From Saprospiraceae bacterium (GTDB lineage: Bacteria; Bacteroidota; Bacteroidia; Chitinophagales; Saprospiraceae): a stretch of 64,000 bases of DNA. Under the pieces are notes generated by a model. It ran no database searches and was not told the origin of the DNA. It saw only the letters and a list, made by a program, of their open reading frames with translations. The translations under genes and the position numbers were made by a program. This document shows, piece after piece, positions 15,801 through 24,900 of this stretch. The stretch lies in the NCBI GenBank assembly GCA_016718205.1, contig JADKEB010000036.1, positions 52,148 through 116,147 of the forward strand, written 5' to 3'. Within the stretch, counting starts at the first letter, position 1. Each line of letters starts with the position of its first letter.

Positions 15801-18216
15801 TGGTATCTGCAATATAGGAACACTTGAGCGTACATTCAGGATCATGGATTCACCAATTTCATGCGTCCAGAAGATAACGGTCCATGCGCACCCTACGCCA
15901 TTTGCAGTGACTTTTGCAGAAGCAGGTATCTATCAGTGGGATCAATGTAACTTTACGATAGATCATGCCAAAAATGCCACCCATAGTCCCAAAGTGAGCC
16001 ATAGCCCGTGTGATGAGATAGGTCAGCATATAAAAATCGACACCTTCTATTTTTCCGGAAGTGCATGCAAAAAATGGGTAGTACAGTATTCTTATCACAA
16101 TCATTGCACAGGACAGACCATAGATGCACCTGTGATCAGCTACTTCTACAATGACACTATCACACCACAATGGAGTGATTTGTCACATGAAGTAAATGCT
16201 ATAGGCAGTACATGTACATCTGGTGTAGTACTCAAGGCAAAGCTGTCAGACAAAACAACCTGTGGTGACCAGCAGAGACTATCCATTGACTTTTACCTGG
16301 ATATCAATGGGGACAAAACGGTAGATTATATAGTCGCATCTGGATTGAAAGGAATCGTACCTTCCGGTCTATGGACAAAAATGAATCTTGGGCAGAGTGT
16401 GTACCATCAGGTGAAATCGCTTATGGGCAACATCATCTTGGCTGATGAAATCCATGTGAGCTATCTGCCATCAGTCACCGGCAGTGATGCTGTCATACAG
16501 ACATTACCTGTGACTATCCGGCAAGGTGATCACCTGCATAAACTCTCATGGAAAGTTAAGGACGAATGTGGTAATATCTCGGAGCAGACGTATGAATTTA
16601 ATTTGAGGGATCAAAAACCACCTTCTCCCATTTGTATAGAGCTGAGCACAAGTATCACTTCCAACTCCAATCCTTCAGTTGCATTGTGGGCCAAAGATTT
16701 TATCATCAAAGCACAAGACAATTGTACACCGGATGCTGAATTGTACTATACATTTGACTCCGTAGGGCCCGTGTCCAATATGATTCATTTGGAACATTAT
16801 TTCAAGCCAGTTGGAGGAGTTGCTACAGTTTCCAATTTAACTGAGTACGAAGCAGGCCTTTCTTACATCTGGGTACCATCGACCAAAACAGCGGGCAAAG
16901 TGTGGAATACGCATGGTATATTTGAAGTACCTGTCTATGTGTGGGATGCTGCCGGCAATCGCGACTTTTGCAAGACCAAGGTCACTGTCATCAATACCGA
17001 CATGCGCACTACCATATCGGGAAAGGTGGAGTCTATCAGCGGTGTTGCCAAAAAAGGAGCAATGGTACACCTTGTCTCCAGTCTGGAAGATCAATCAAAC
17101 AGTACCCTATCGGATGATCGGGGCGAATACCTTTTTGAAGTACCACTGAATGCTGAATATACAGTATCTGCTGAGTATGTCGGGGACTATCTTGAGGGCG
17201 TTTCTACACTCGATTTAGTGCTGATCCAAAGACATATTCTAGATCTGCAGCGCCATGACAATGTATATAAGATGATCGCATCCGATGCCAATAATGACGG
17301 CAAGATTACGGCTTCAGATCTTGTGGAGTTGAGAAAATTGATCCTTGGTGTGACCAATGCATTTAATAATAAGAGCTGGAGACTACCCAAAAAGCTTCAG
17401 AATCTTGACTTAACGTATCCATTCCCATATACGGAGGGCTATTCTGAAAACCCACTGATGCTGCCTATGCAAAAAGTGGACTTTGTAGCTGTCAAAATAG
17501 GAGATATCAACGGAAATGCTTCAGGCGCACAACAAAACATCGTAGAACCAAGATCCAATAAAAAACTTAATTTTGAAGTGGCCAATGTAGTTTTGGAACC
17601 ACAAGAGCGCATATATGTACCCGTGTATGCATCCAACTTCAAAGATATCTTTGGATTCCAGACTACATTGAAGCTCAAAGATGCGGTATTTGTAGATTTG
17701 ATACCGGAAGGACTGGATATCGATGCTACCAGTATCGGAAAGTTGAACGATGACACCTATACGCTTAGTTATGCTGCGAAGCAACCACTTACTATTGATA
17801 GAGATAAAAAGCTTTTCACTCTGGTGATTGACCCTAAAAACTCCGTGTTACTGGAAGATATCTTGCAGCTAAGCTCTGAGATCACCAGATCTGAGTCCTA
17901 TACAAGCGACCTGAAAGTAAGTGGCCTTAGCATCACATTTAGAAATGATGTCAATAATATGGCACTGCTCCAAAACGAGCCCAACCCATACATATTTACG
18001 ACCAATATCCGATGGTTGGGTACAAAATCAGAAAATGTAAAACTTGTGATCACAGACGACCAAGGCAAGATCATGTTGGTGAGAAATGTAAAATCTGTCA
18101 AAGGTCTGAATACCATTACTCTGGAAGCCAAAGATATACCGTATGCAGGTATCTACTTCTATACATTGAGCGGCAATACAATTAATGCGACTAAGAAGAT
18201 GGTGAAAATTGAGTGA
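12883..18216 (+). CDS. Giant T9SS-secreted adhesin (1,777 aa): HYR-like Cys modules, CarboxypepD_reg-like module, dockerin-like module, cohesin-like module and a type A T9SS C-terminal sorting domain
   Basis: Signal peptide present. Repeated D.C...C / PP..TCP modules (APEITDCHSS, GPQFTIAP..HDCSASVVVP, PPVMTCPKDIVLQCDD). TISGKVES...DDRGEYLFEV matches CarboxypepD_reg. DANNDGKITASDLVELRKLILGV is dockerin/EF-hand-like. KLNFEVANVV...IFGFQTTLKL is cohesin-like. The C-terminal QNEPNPY...GIYFYTL...KKMVKIE is a T9SS CTD. Confidence 0.85.
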   Translation: MQKKCKNILLQKWALIVFISLVATCTFTLSAQSKTRGNTFVHGAREMSVFKEHHFINGGNGVLPGIVGTKRNGPTYFSFAGTSSVAAVSDAAHVDGYVKNYVHQVFTFPIGDNGVYGPVTTIAPSPITVASPISAAYFRTNPDVAVTTSLLGSNEPALPVGAPFPRTMREVGVSAVSPIEYWDVDGTAPVRLRLHWSNASQINTLTNGMLMGLRIVGWNGTQWVDIPGTLDVGADLNAGTITTNAAIVPNTYTAYTFGVSCDLIDVVFSGVPAGLYLCEGQTGTLDVNVMLGGAAYIPDFILERYEGASWLPWSGPNTDGIFTFTGLPPNVPNVRYRIRINFGTCTRLSDEFILHSYKSATLACQGNLNASVNQDCEIFLHAGIFLTQAVNPPEFYDLVVTDSKGKVVPNPVKNPNNGEIFMVSIKERCTGNSCWSTIKLEDKLAPEITDCHSSQSFACHEFETIRSETAALHFGGSPSFALSRKPDVADNCSNMDVSFVDIISAGTCGVKQIKRAWLFTDKPGNKASCEQILNFTPLSLTDIRDPVAQVVLDCKSDFTPQHIQQAFDNKATLDDSKSRYVIENNEGSVYGGFTYKARGTDRGFHNQRIENNVCNIYTSYTDEEIRIESFSGCIKERKILRKWIVLDDCTNAFRNLTQIIILRDTTGPQFTIAPITQTLGTHDCSASVVVPLPTLLQDDCTEISKLKWSVITPIGTTVSGTMPSYIIHGLVKGIHNITYIVEDCAGNQAQKTTTIHIQDLMAPTVILKQNIVVSLSGSSQGGGYAKLFHTSINNGSYDPCSRVRVEIRRKMGSSCENDGINHHNNNLTYSNIAATGTVNSWVHTDNNPADTDGGEYVTFCCSDIMPGMTYGLHDVEVRVWDDANGNGIIGDTLIINGMRDNFNNGWAKVRVEHKIPPVMTCPKDIVLQCDDTFGLNTQNPIRVGSTMSTGIPAVRALCTDTFAMTYLDRWTSNGICNIGTLERTFRIMDSPISCVQKITVHAHPTPFAVTFAEAGIYQWDQCNFTIDHAKNATHSPKVSHSPCDEIGQHIKIDTFYFSGSACKKWVVQYSYHNHCTGQTIDAPVISYFYNDTITPQWSDLSHEVNAIGSTCTSGVVLKAKLSDKTTCGDQQRLSIDFYLDINGDKTVDYIVASGLKGIVPSGLWTKMNLGQSVYHQVKSLMGNIILADEIHVSYLPSVTGSDAVIQTLPVTIRQGDHLHKLSWKVKDECGNISEQTYEFNLRDQKPPSPICIELSTSITSNSNPSVALWAKDFIIKAQDNCTPDAELYYTFDSVGPVSNMIHLEHYFKPVGGVATVSNLTEYEAGLSYIWVPSTKTAGKVWNTHGIFEVPVYVWDAAGNRDFCKTKVTVINTDMRTTISGKVESISGVAKKGAMVHLVSSLEDQSNSTLSDDRGEYLFEVPLNAEYTVSAEYVGDYLEGVSTLDLVLIQRHILDLQRHDNVYKMIASDANNDGKITASDLVELRKLILGVTNAFNNKSWRLPKKLQNLDLTYPFPYTEGYSENPLMLPMQKVDFVAVKIGDINGNASGAQQNIVEPRSNKKLNFEVANVVLEPQERIYVPVYASNFKDIFGFQTTLKLKDAVFVDLIPEGLDIDATSIGKLNDDTYTLSYAAKQPLTIDRDKKLFTLVIDPKNSVLLEDILQLSSEITRSESYTSDLKVSGLSITFRNDVNNMALLQNEPNPYIFTTNIRWLGTKSENVKLVITDDQGKIMLVRNVKSVKGLNTITLEAKDIPYAGIYFYTLSGNTINATKKMVKIE

Positions 18217-18547
18217 TTTTAAAAAGGGAGTCCACTCCGAAAAATCATTGATGAAGAGAATTTAAAAAAATAGTAGCTACTTCTACTTTGTCATACTACA
18301 CAGACATTCCGGTTGATTGGAAACTATTGAGCTATCCCAACAGTGGTGATCCTAATTATTCTCAAAATAAAATGGTTTTGGGCAGACAACCTTAACGGTT
18401 AAAAAAAATTGGAGTCTGTGGTGTTCTGAAAATAAAAAATACTTTTCATGGGTGTATCCCAAAATTGCACTATACTATATAATTTTTAAGTTCTGAATTT
18501 AATGGATTATCCAAATAGTTAGGAGTTTAAGGGTGGGATGTCTCAAG

Positions 18548-18640
18548 CATAGCTTGGCGGGCTCTTCAGAGCTTGCCACGATTTGCGTGCGAATGAGCCT
18601 GCCTGCCTACGTAGTCAGGCAGGGGTTGCGGGCAGTTTAA
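18548..18640. repeat. GC-rich REP-like palindromic element, copy 1 (core CCTGCCTG..CAGGCAGG at 18598..18623)
   Basis: Core hairpin cctgcctgcctacgtagtcaggcagg. The flanks (tagcttg..gctcttcag..atgag) are shared with the copy at 20143..20212. Confidence 0.75.
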
Positions 18641-18649
18641 ACAATTTCA

Positions 18650-19054
18650 GTGCAAAAATGGGATACAGCACAGTTTGCCTCTCAGCCGCTACCCAATGCA
18701 CCTCTTTGCCAGCCATTGGTTTACAATTTTAGTATGCTTAGTACCCTTGCTGCCGATTTAAGAAACCACCGCTTGCAGGTAACTATACCTACAGGTATGA
18801 CCTTAACAACTGTGCGGATAGAATATCCCAGTAATAGCGGTTCTTACCAAACGGTAACACCTGATGCAGCAGCAGCTACATTGAGTGTATATGACGTAAC
18901 CGGAAAAGTTGTATCAGTAAGAAACATCAATGCAAATAAAGGCTTGAATAGTGAAGTATTCACAAGAGCGTAGTTGGGAGCAAGCGGTGTAATGTACTAT
19001 ACACTTAAGAGCGGTGAGTTCACAGCAACTAAGAAAATGATCATCATCGAGTAG
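18650..19054 (+). pseudogene. Remnant of a T9SS-secreted surface protein (internal fragment fused to a type A CTD, with an in-frame TAG at 18971)
   Basis: Reads ...ATLSVYDVTGKVVSVRNINANKGLNSEVFTRA*LGASGVMYYTLKSGEFTATKKMIIIE. The ending parallels the CTD of the 12883 gene (NATKKMVKIE). Confidence 0.65.
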
Positions 19055-19085
19055 TAGTAAGCAGCAATAAAATACTTCTTTTAAT

Positions 19086-19123
19086 GGCCCTTCCTTATTT
19101 AGCTTATTTAGGAGGGCCTTTTT
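19086..19123 (+). terminator. Rho-independent terminator
   Basis: Hairpin ggcccttcct ... aggagggcc followed by ttttt. Confidence 0.55.
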
Positions 19124-19325
19124 AAGTTCTGAAGATAAAACACAGGTCCTTCACAAAATTAAAATTTGTAGTACATAGACCGAAACTCAAAAATTTAGAA
19201 AACCCAAAAATCAGGGCAACTGCCAACATCGGGATGATTACAAAAGGTTTGTCAAGATAGACTACTAAGAACTTATTACCAATTATTTTAAATCCCCTAA
19301 AGAAACCTCCTTACAATCTACAACT

Positions 19326-20222
19326 TTAATAACCAGCTTCCTTTTTCCAGGTCAGAACCAGAGAAATAATCCCGTCATAACTCGCCAATCCATCTGACAT
19401 GCCATGTGATTTTAAATATAAATCATAAATCACATCCCTGAACCAGGGCAGGATGTCAGGGTATCTGTTGATATCTTTTCTGATGGCCTTCAGATCTGCT
19501 TTTACTCCTGGCAACATAGATGCATACACATTGTCAGCCCTTTCTTCAGAAAGATGATCCACTTCCCGGTACAAATATCGCCAGTAACCCAACCATCCTG
19601 AATATTGGATATGAGAATTTTCAGATTTGATACAAGTGACAAAACCTATAAAATTGCACTCCCCTTCATCAGTATATCCGTACCCATGAGCCATTTCGTG
19701 AGCCAAAGTAAATGGCCATTGAATAGGGTTCAAACCAGGATCTATATGACCTTCACAAACCAATGGTATGTATATGCCTGCAGTAGATAATGACAATAAA
19801 ATGCCTTTGGGGAACAATTGCCTGATCCTTACTCTTCCTGTGGCTTTGTCACCGTAGGATGTCAGAAAACGTTTTTGTTCTATACGGATATCATTTTCCA
19901 TCATCGTCCAATCAGGATGGTACGCTAGTGCTGAAGTATCCTTTGATATTTTGATTCTAAGTGCATTTACTTTTGCAGAGACTAACTGCATTTCTTGCAT
20001 TAACATTACAGAATCAGGGTATACAGCTGTGAGACCATGTTTTTCTATCCACGATGGCCGGTAATAGTTGAATCCCCACAAAAAGTAAAAAAGGAAGATG
20101 ACCCATCCAAGAATATTAAAAGTACTTAAGAATTGGTCCATCCAGGTTAGCTTGACATGCTCTTCAGGGTATGAGCCTGCCTGTGTGACTTGGCAGGCAG
20201 GGGTAGTGAAGAGCATAAACAA
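19326..20222 (-). CDS. DUF3810-like putative zinc metallopeptidase; appears N-terminally short, start uncertain (TTG 20222, ATG 20216 or ATG 20141)
   Basis: WGFNYYR membrane segment and an HEMAHGYGYTDEGECNFIGF (HExxH-type) motif. The 5' end of the ORF runs into REP-like element copy 2. Confidence 0.6.
   Translation of the reverse strand: MFMLFTTPACQVTQAGSYPEEHVKLTWMDQFLSTFNILGWVIFLFYFLWGFNYYRPSWIEKHGLTAVYPDSVMLMQEMQLVSAKVNALRIKISKDTSALAYHPDWTMMENDIRIEQKRFLTSYGDKATGRVRIRQLFPKGILLSLSTAGIYIPLVCEGHIDPGLNPIQWPFTLAHEMAHGYGYTDEGECNFIGFVTCIKSENSHIQYSGWLGYWRYLYREVDHLSEERADNVYASMLPGVKADLKAIRKDINRYPDILPWFRDVIYDLYLKSHGMSDGLASYDGIISLVLTWKKEAGY
20143..20212. repeat. GC-rich REP-like palindromic element, copy 2 (core at 20176..20201)
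   Basis: atgagCCTGCCTGtgtgacttggCAGGCAGGggtag, with shared flanks tagcttg..gctcttcag. Confidence 0.7.
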
Positions 20223-20323
20223 TAGTCCAATAAGTAATACTGATGAATTTTTAACAATGGGTGAAAATTATATTTCCATTCTGTAATAAGTCAACTATCA
20301 GCGACTCAAGCTTCCTATATCCA

Positions 20324-21817
20324 TCAAAATTTCTTTCCAATCCAAGCCCTTATATCTAAATAAAGTATTGATCTGTGCTCAAAAACATCAGATTCCAATG
20401 CTATCAATTCGCGATCAAAATCTTTTAATAGATTTTTTCTTTCGTTGACCGGAGCTTGGGTTATTTTTTGGAAAAACTTTAATGTAGTCTTCTGAAGTTT
20501 ATTCTTTTCTTCCATTTTATTGAAAAATTGTTTAGCACCTTTGATAAGGTATTCCATTATATGATCATTTCCTGCATCAAAATGGGCCATTAAAAACATA
20601 AGCTGACTATAGCCTTGGATATCTTCCCTTAAGGATCCGACTTCCATTTGAAAGATAAGGTTCAGGTATTTTAAAGCTGTGGAGTGATCACCTGCCATCA
20701 GATGCATCCACGCAATTTTGAAGTAGAAGACCAATATTCTGTGGGCATCCAGCTTAAGCTTATATCTTTGAATTCTTTTTAAGGTAAAGGGTATGACCTG
20801 CAGCCCTTCTTTGTAGGACTCATGGAGAAAATGATAATTCAGTCTTCCGTAGTGTACATATAGGAATGATATGATTTGCGAGTTATTATTAAAAGTTGCA
20901 TAGTTGTCTGTTCTGTATTTTTCCAGTTCACCCAGATACTTGTCATATTTATCAATGATGCGCAAATTGTAGGTGCATGTAAGCAGATAGTGATATCCTC
21001 TCATATACAGGTCGGGATCATCATCAATCAGATGCGGCGTACTGTCAAAAAGTTCTACCCATTTCTCAGCATTGATCAGACAGTTTTCAAAATCTAAGCA
21101 GATATAGTAAAGCCATACCAGAGATTGATACAGGTAAATTTTTTCATGGTAGGCTACACCATCTTTAGTATTGTATTCCCTTAGCCATTTGTATCTGTAC
21201 TTGAAGTCATTGAGTTCATCAACATTTTTGACATGACCATTTTTGACATAGTGGCTGTGGAGTAGTATTCTGATGTTTGAAAGTCTGGCTATGTTGTCTA
21301 TTTGTTGGATCTTTTCATCACATTTTGCAATGAGTTCCGGTACCATCTCAGGTCCGCTGCGCGTGATGTGTCTTGACTCTATATTTTTTTCAGTTTCGAA
21401 TATTGACAGATGCAGGATATTATTGTCAGATTTTTCTGCAAGAATTTTTGCTTTATCAAGTATTTTAAGGGCTTGAAGATAAAGTCCTTTACCGTACAAT
21501 ATGTCAGCATAATCCAGATACTCACGGAGTTGGATATCTGTTTTTTTCTGAATATGTATCATCCTGAGACTCATCATCAATTGTTTGTACAGGTGTCGTT
21601 TCAGATTGGAATATTGGTTTTTATCGACGCCTTTGAGCTTGCCGAGGATAAGATTGTCATTGACATCTTTTTGTTTGTCAATCATATCAAACAATTGCAT
21701 ATACTTCAATGAATCACTGTCCTGTATTCTTGATGTATAAAAAGTAAAATTCCTCTTTTCAGCCTTTGTCAGGGATTTTACTAGTTGGAATAGTTGATCT
21801 GACTGTGAGATGGGCAT
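20324..21817 (-). CDS. Conserved hypothetical protein, all-helical / TPR-like
   Basis: Intact 497-aa ORF, helix-rich, with no signal peptide. Divergently transcribed from gltB. No catalytic motif recognised. Confidence 0.5.
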   Translation of the reverse strand: MPISQSDQLFQLVKSLTKAEKRNFTFYTSRIQDSDSLKYMQLFDMIDKQKDVNDNLILGKLKGVDKNQYSNLKRHLYKQLMMSLRMIHIQKKTDIQLREYLDYADILYGKGLYLQALKILDKAKILAEKSDNNILHLSIFETEKNIESRHITRSGPEMVPELIAKCDEKIQQIDNIARLSNIRILLHSHYVKNGHVKNVDELNDFKYRYKWLREYNTKDGVAYHEKIYLYQSLVWLYYICLDFENCLINAEKWVELFDSTPHLIDDDPDLYMRGYHYLLTCTYNLRIIDKYDKYLGELEKYRTDNYATFNNNSQIISFLYVHYGRLNYHFLHESYKEGLQVIPFTLKRIQRYKLKLDAHRILVFYFKIAWMHLMAGDHSTALKYLNLIFQMEVGSLREDIQGYSQLMFLMAHFDAGNDHIMEYLIKGAKQFFNKMEEKNKLQKTTLKFFQKITQAPVNERKNLLKDFDRELIALESDVFEHRSILYLDIRAWIGKKF

Positions 21818-21994
21818 AACACTACAATTTTAAATAAAAACCTGAATTACAATGCTTTGCAACAAATTATTAATTTTTGAAAATAACATTCGAAGCTCAA
21901 TTGATGGTTTCTATCTTGTAAATATAATATAATATTGTCTTCCAATTGTATAATTGCAAAATAAAATTCTAAAATCATAAAATAAATTCATAGT

Positions 21995-24900
21995 ATGCAA
22001 TCTGTTGAAAATGACCAGGGACTCTATTTGCCTCAGCTTGAAAAGGATGCTTGCGGTATAGGACTGATAGCCCATCTTCAAGGTGATAAGTCTCATAGTA
22101 TCGTAAGTGATGCACTGACTATGCTTGAAAATATGGAGCACCGTGGAGCTTGTGGTTGTGAAGAAAATACAGGAGATGGAGCAGGGATTTTGACACAGAT
22201 TCCGTACGTGTTTTTTAGAAATTATGCTGAAAAAATCGGTCAGATATTACCGGAAGATGGTCATTATGCAGTGGGGTTTACTTTTATTCCCAAAGATGAG
22301 GTTCAAAAGAAACACATTATTCAGCTCATCAATGAAATCCTTGGGGCACATCATTTCAGATTGTTGTTTACAAGGGATGTCCCAACAGACAATAGTATGC
22401 TTGGGCAAGGTGCATTAGATACCGAACCTGATATGATTCAACTTTTTGTTGCTTCTGATGATGTTAAAGTCGTGCGCCACGATTTGGAAAGAAAGCTTTA
22501 TGTCATACGCAATCACATAGTACGCCAAGTGATCCAATACTATCCTCAACTTAAAGAAGTTTTTTATTTTCCATCTTTTTCATCTCAGACCGTAATATAT
22601 AAAGGACAGCTCAGAGCGATACAGATCAGGTCATATTTTAAAGATCTGCAAGATGCTCAATTTGCTTCAGCCATAGCCCTGGTACACTCAAGATTTTCAA
22701 CCAACACAGTACCGAGATGGAAACTTGCTCAGCCTTTCAGATGTATTGCCCACAATGGAGAGATCAATACAGTACAGGGCAATGTCAATTGGTGGACAGC
22801 CAGAGAGAAAGATCTTGTTTCTGACGTGTACACCCCACATGATTTTAAGCATTTGTTACCAGTATGCAGTGATACCCTTTCTGATTCCGGAAATTTTGAT
22901 GCGGTATTGGAGTTTTTGTTCAGAAATGGTTATAGTATGCCTCATGCATTGATGATGATGGTGCCTGAAGCATTTCAGAATGACAATGGCATGGATGCTT
23001 TTAAGAAGGACTTTTACAGTCACTTTGAACCTTTGATGGAACCTTGGGATGGACCTGCATCGATATGTTTTTCCGATGGTATTGTGGTAGGCGCGACAGT
23101 TGACAGAAATGGTTTGCGTCCTTCAAAATACTGTGTGACAAGTGATGATAGAATCATACTCGGATCTGAATCAGGGGTGCTGGATTTACCACAGGACAAA
23201 GTTATTTATAAGGGCAATCTGGCTCCCGGGAAAATCCTTATTGCTGATCTTGATGCAGGCAGAATAGTCGGTGATGATGAGTTGAAAGAAATAATATGCA
23301 AGCGGCATCCTTATAGTAAATGGAATGATCAATTCAGACTCAAATTAGAAACCATCGAGATAAAGGACGGTGTGAAGGTAGCAGAACCTGTATTGCCACT
23401 TATACAACGAGAAATTGCAGCTGGTTTAACGGAAGAAGATCAGGAAATTCTGCTGGTTTCTATGGCAGACACCGGATATGAACCGATTAATTCTATGGGG
23501 TCAGATATACCATTGGCAGTGCTTTCAAAACAAGCTCAACCTATATATAATTATTTTAAACAAGAGTTTGCTCAGGTCACCAATCCTCCTATCGACCCTC
23601 TAAGGGAAAAATTCTTTATGACCTTACAATGTTATTTGGGCAATTTGGGCGACATCCTGCATGTCAAACCTGAAAACGCTAAACAAATTCAATTGAAGGG
23701 GCCAGTTTTTTCTGATGATGATTTTCTTAAATTGTTGTCTGTAGATGCTGATGACTTTAAGCCCGGGAAAATAGAAGCATTATTTGATATTGAAAACCTG
23801 GAGAACCTTCAAAAGGCCATTCAAAAGATTTGTTTGGATACTGAAGAAAAAATAAAAAACGGTAGTACTATAATTGTTCTGGACAATACATCTATATCCT
23901 CAACCAATGCCGCAGTACCGTCGATGATGGCTATAGGCGCAGTACATCACCACCTGATCAATGCCGGCTTAAGAAGGAGAGCATCTATAGTAGTCAATGG
24001 GCTTGACATCATTGAGGCACATCATGTAGCCTGTCTGTTGTCGTTTGGTGCAGATGCAGTTTATCCATCATTGGCTTTGGAAAGTGTAAAATCACATGCT
24101 CTGCAAAAAGGCAAAGATGTATATACTGCGAAGAAAAATTTTATTAAAGCTCTTGATTCCGGATTGCTTAAGATTATGTCAAAGCTTGGAATCTCCACAG
24201 TCAATTCATATAAAGCAGCACAGACATTTGAAGCTTTGGGTATTCATAAAGAGGTTATGGATGTATGTTTCAAGGGTGCGGTATCCAGAATAAGCGGTAT
24301 GACATTTGAAATGCTGGCAAAGGAACAACTACACAAGCACCATCTTGCATTCAGCCACATAGATACAAATCTACCGGAATCAGGAAGATATCAGTGGAAA
24401 CAAAGAGGTGAATTTCACCTTTTTAACCCGGCATCAGTACATCTTTTGCAACAATCCACCAAAACCGGAAGCTATGAAATGTTTAAAAAGTATACAGAAG
24501 AGGTCAACAATCAGTCCGAAAGAGCTTGTACACTCAGAAGCCTGCTTGATTTTAAGCAAGGTACTTCTATACCGATAGATCAGGTTGAATCTGCCGAAAA
24601 AATCATGAAAAGGTTTGCTACAGGTGCGATGTCATTTGGCTCTATTTCGGCTGAAGCGCATACGACCCTGGCCATAGCGATGAACAGAATCGGTGGCAAA
24701 AGTAATAGTGGCGAAGGGGGCGAAGATGCCGAAAGATATCAACCACTACCTAACGGGGATTCCAAACGTTCTGCTATAAAACAAGTGGCATCAGGCAGAT
24801 TTGGTGTTACAATAGAATATCTGAATAATGCCGACGAAATTCAAATTAAAATAGCCCAGGGTGCCAAACCCGGTGAAGGTGGTCAGTTGCCGGGACATAA

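Noticed and set aside
13227-18131. Many 60-150-aa ORFs lie on the minus strand or in alternative frames inside the 1,777-aa adhesin gene.
   Set aside because: They are fully nested in a long, motif-supported ORF, and none has recognisable features.
3647-18216. Genome-wide reassignment of TGA (code 4 or 25-like) as an explanation for the in-frame TGA in susC.
   Set aside because: Well-supported genes terminate at TGA at the expected C-terminal end, for example SusD at 3647..3649 and the adhesin at 18214..18216 right after its T9SS CTD. TGA is therefore a functional stop codon here.
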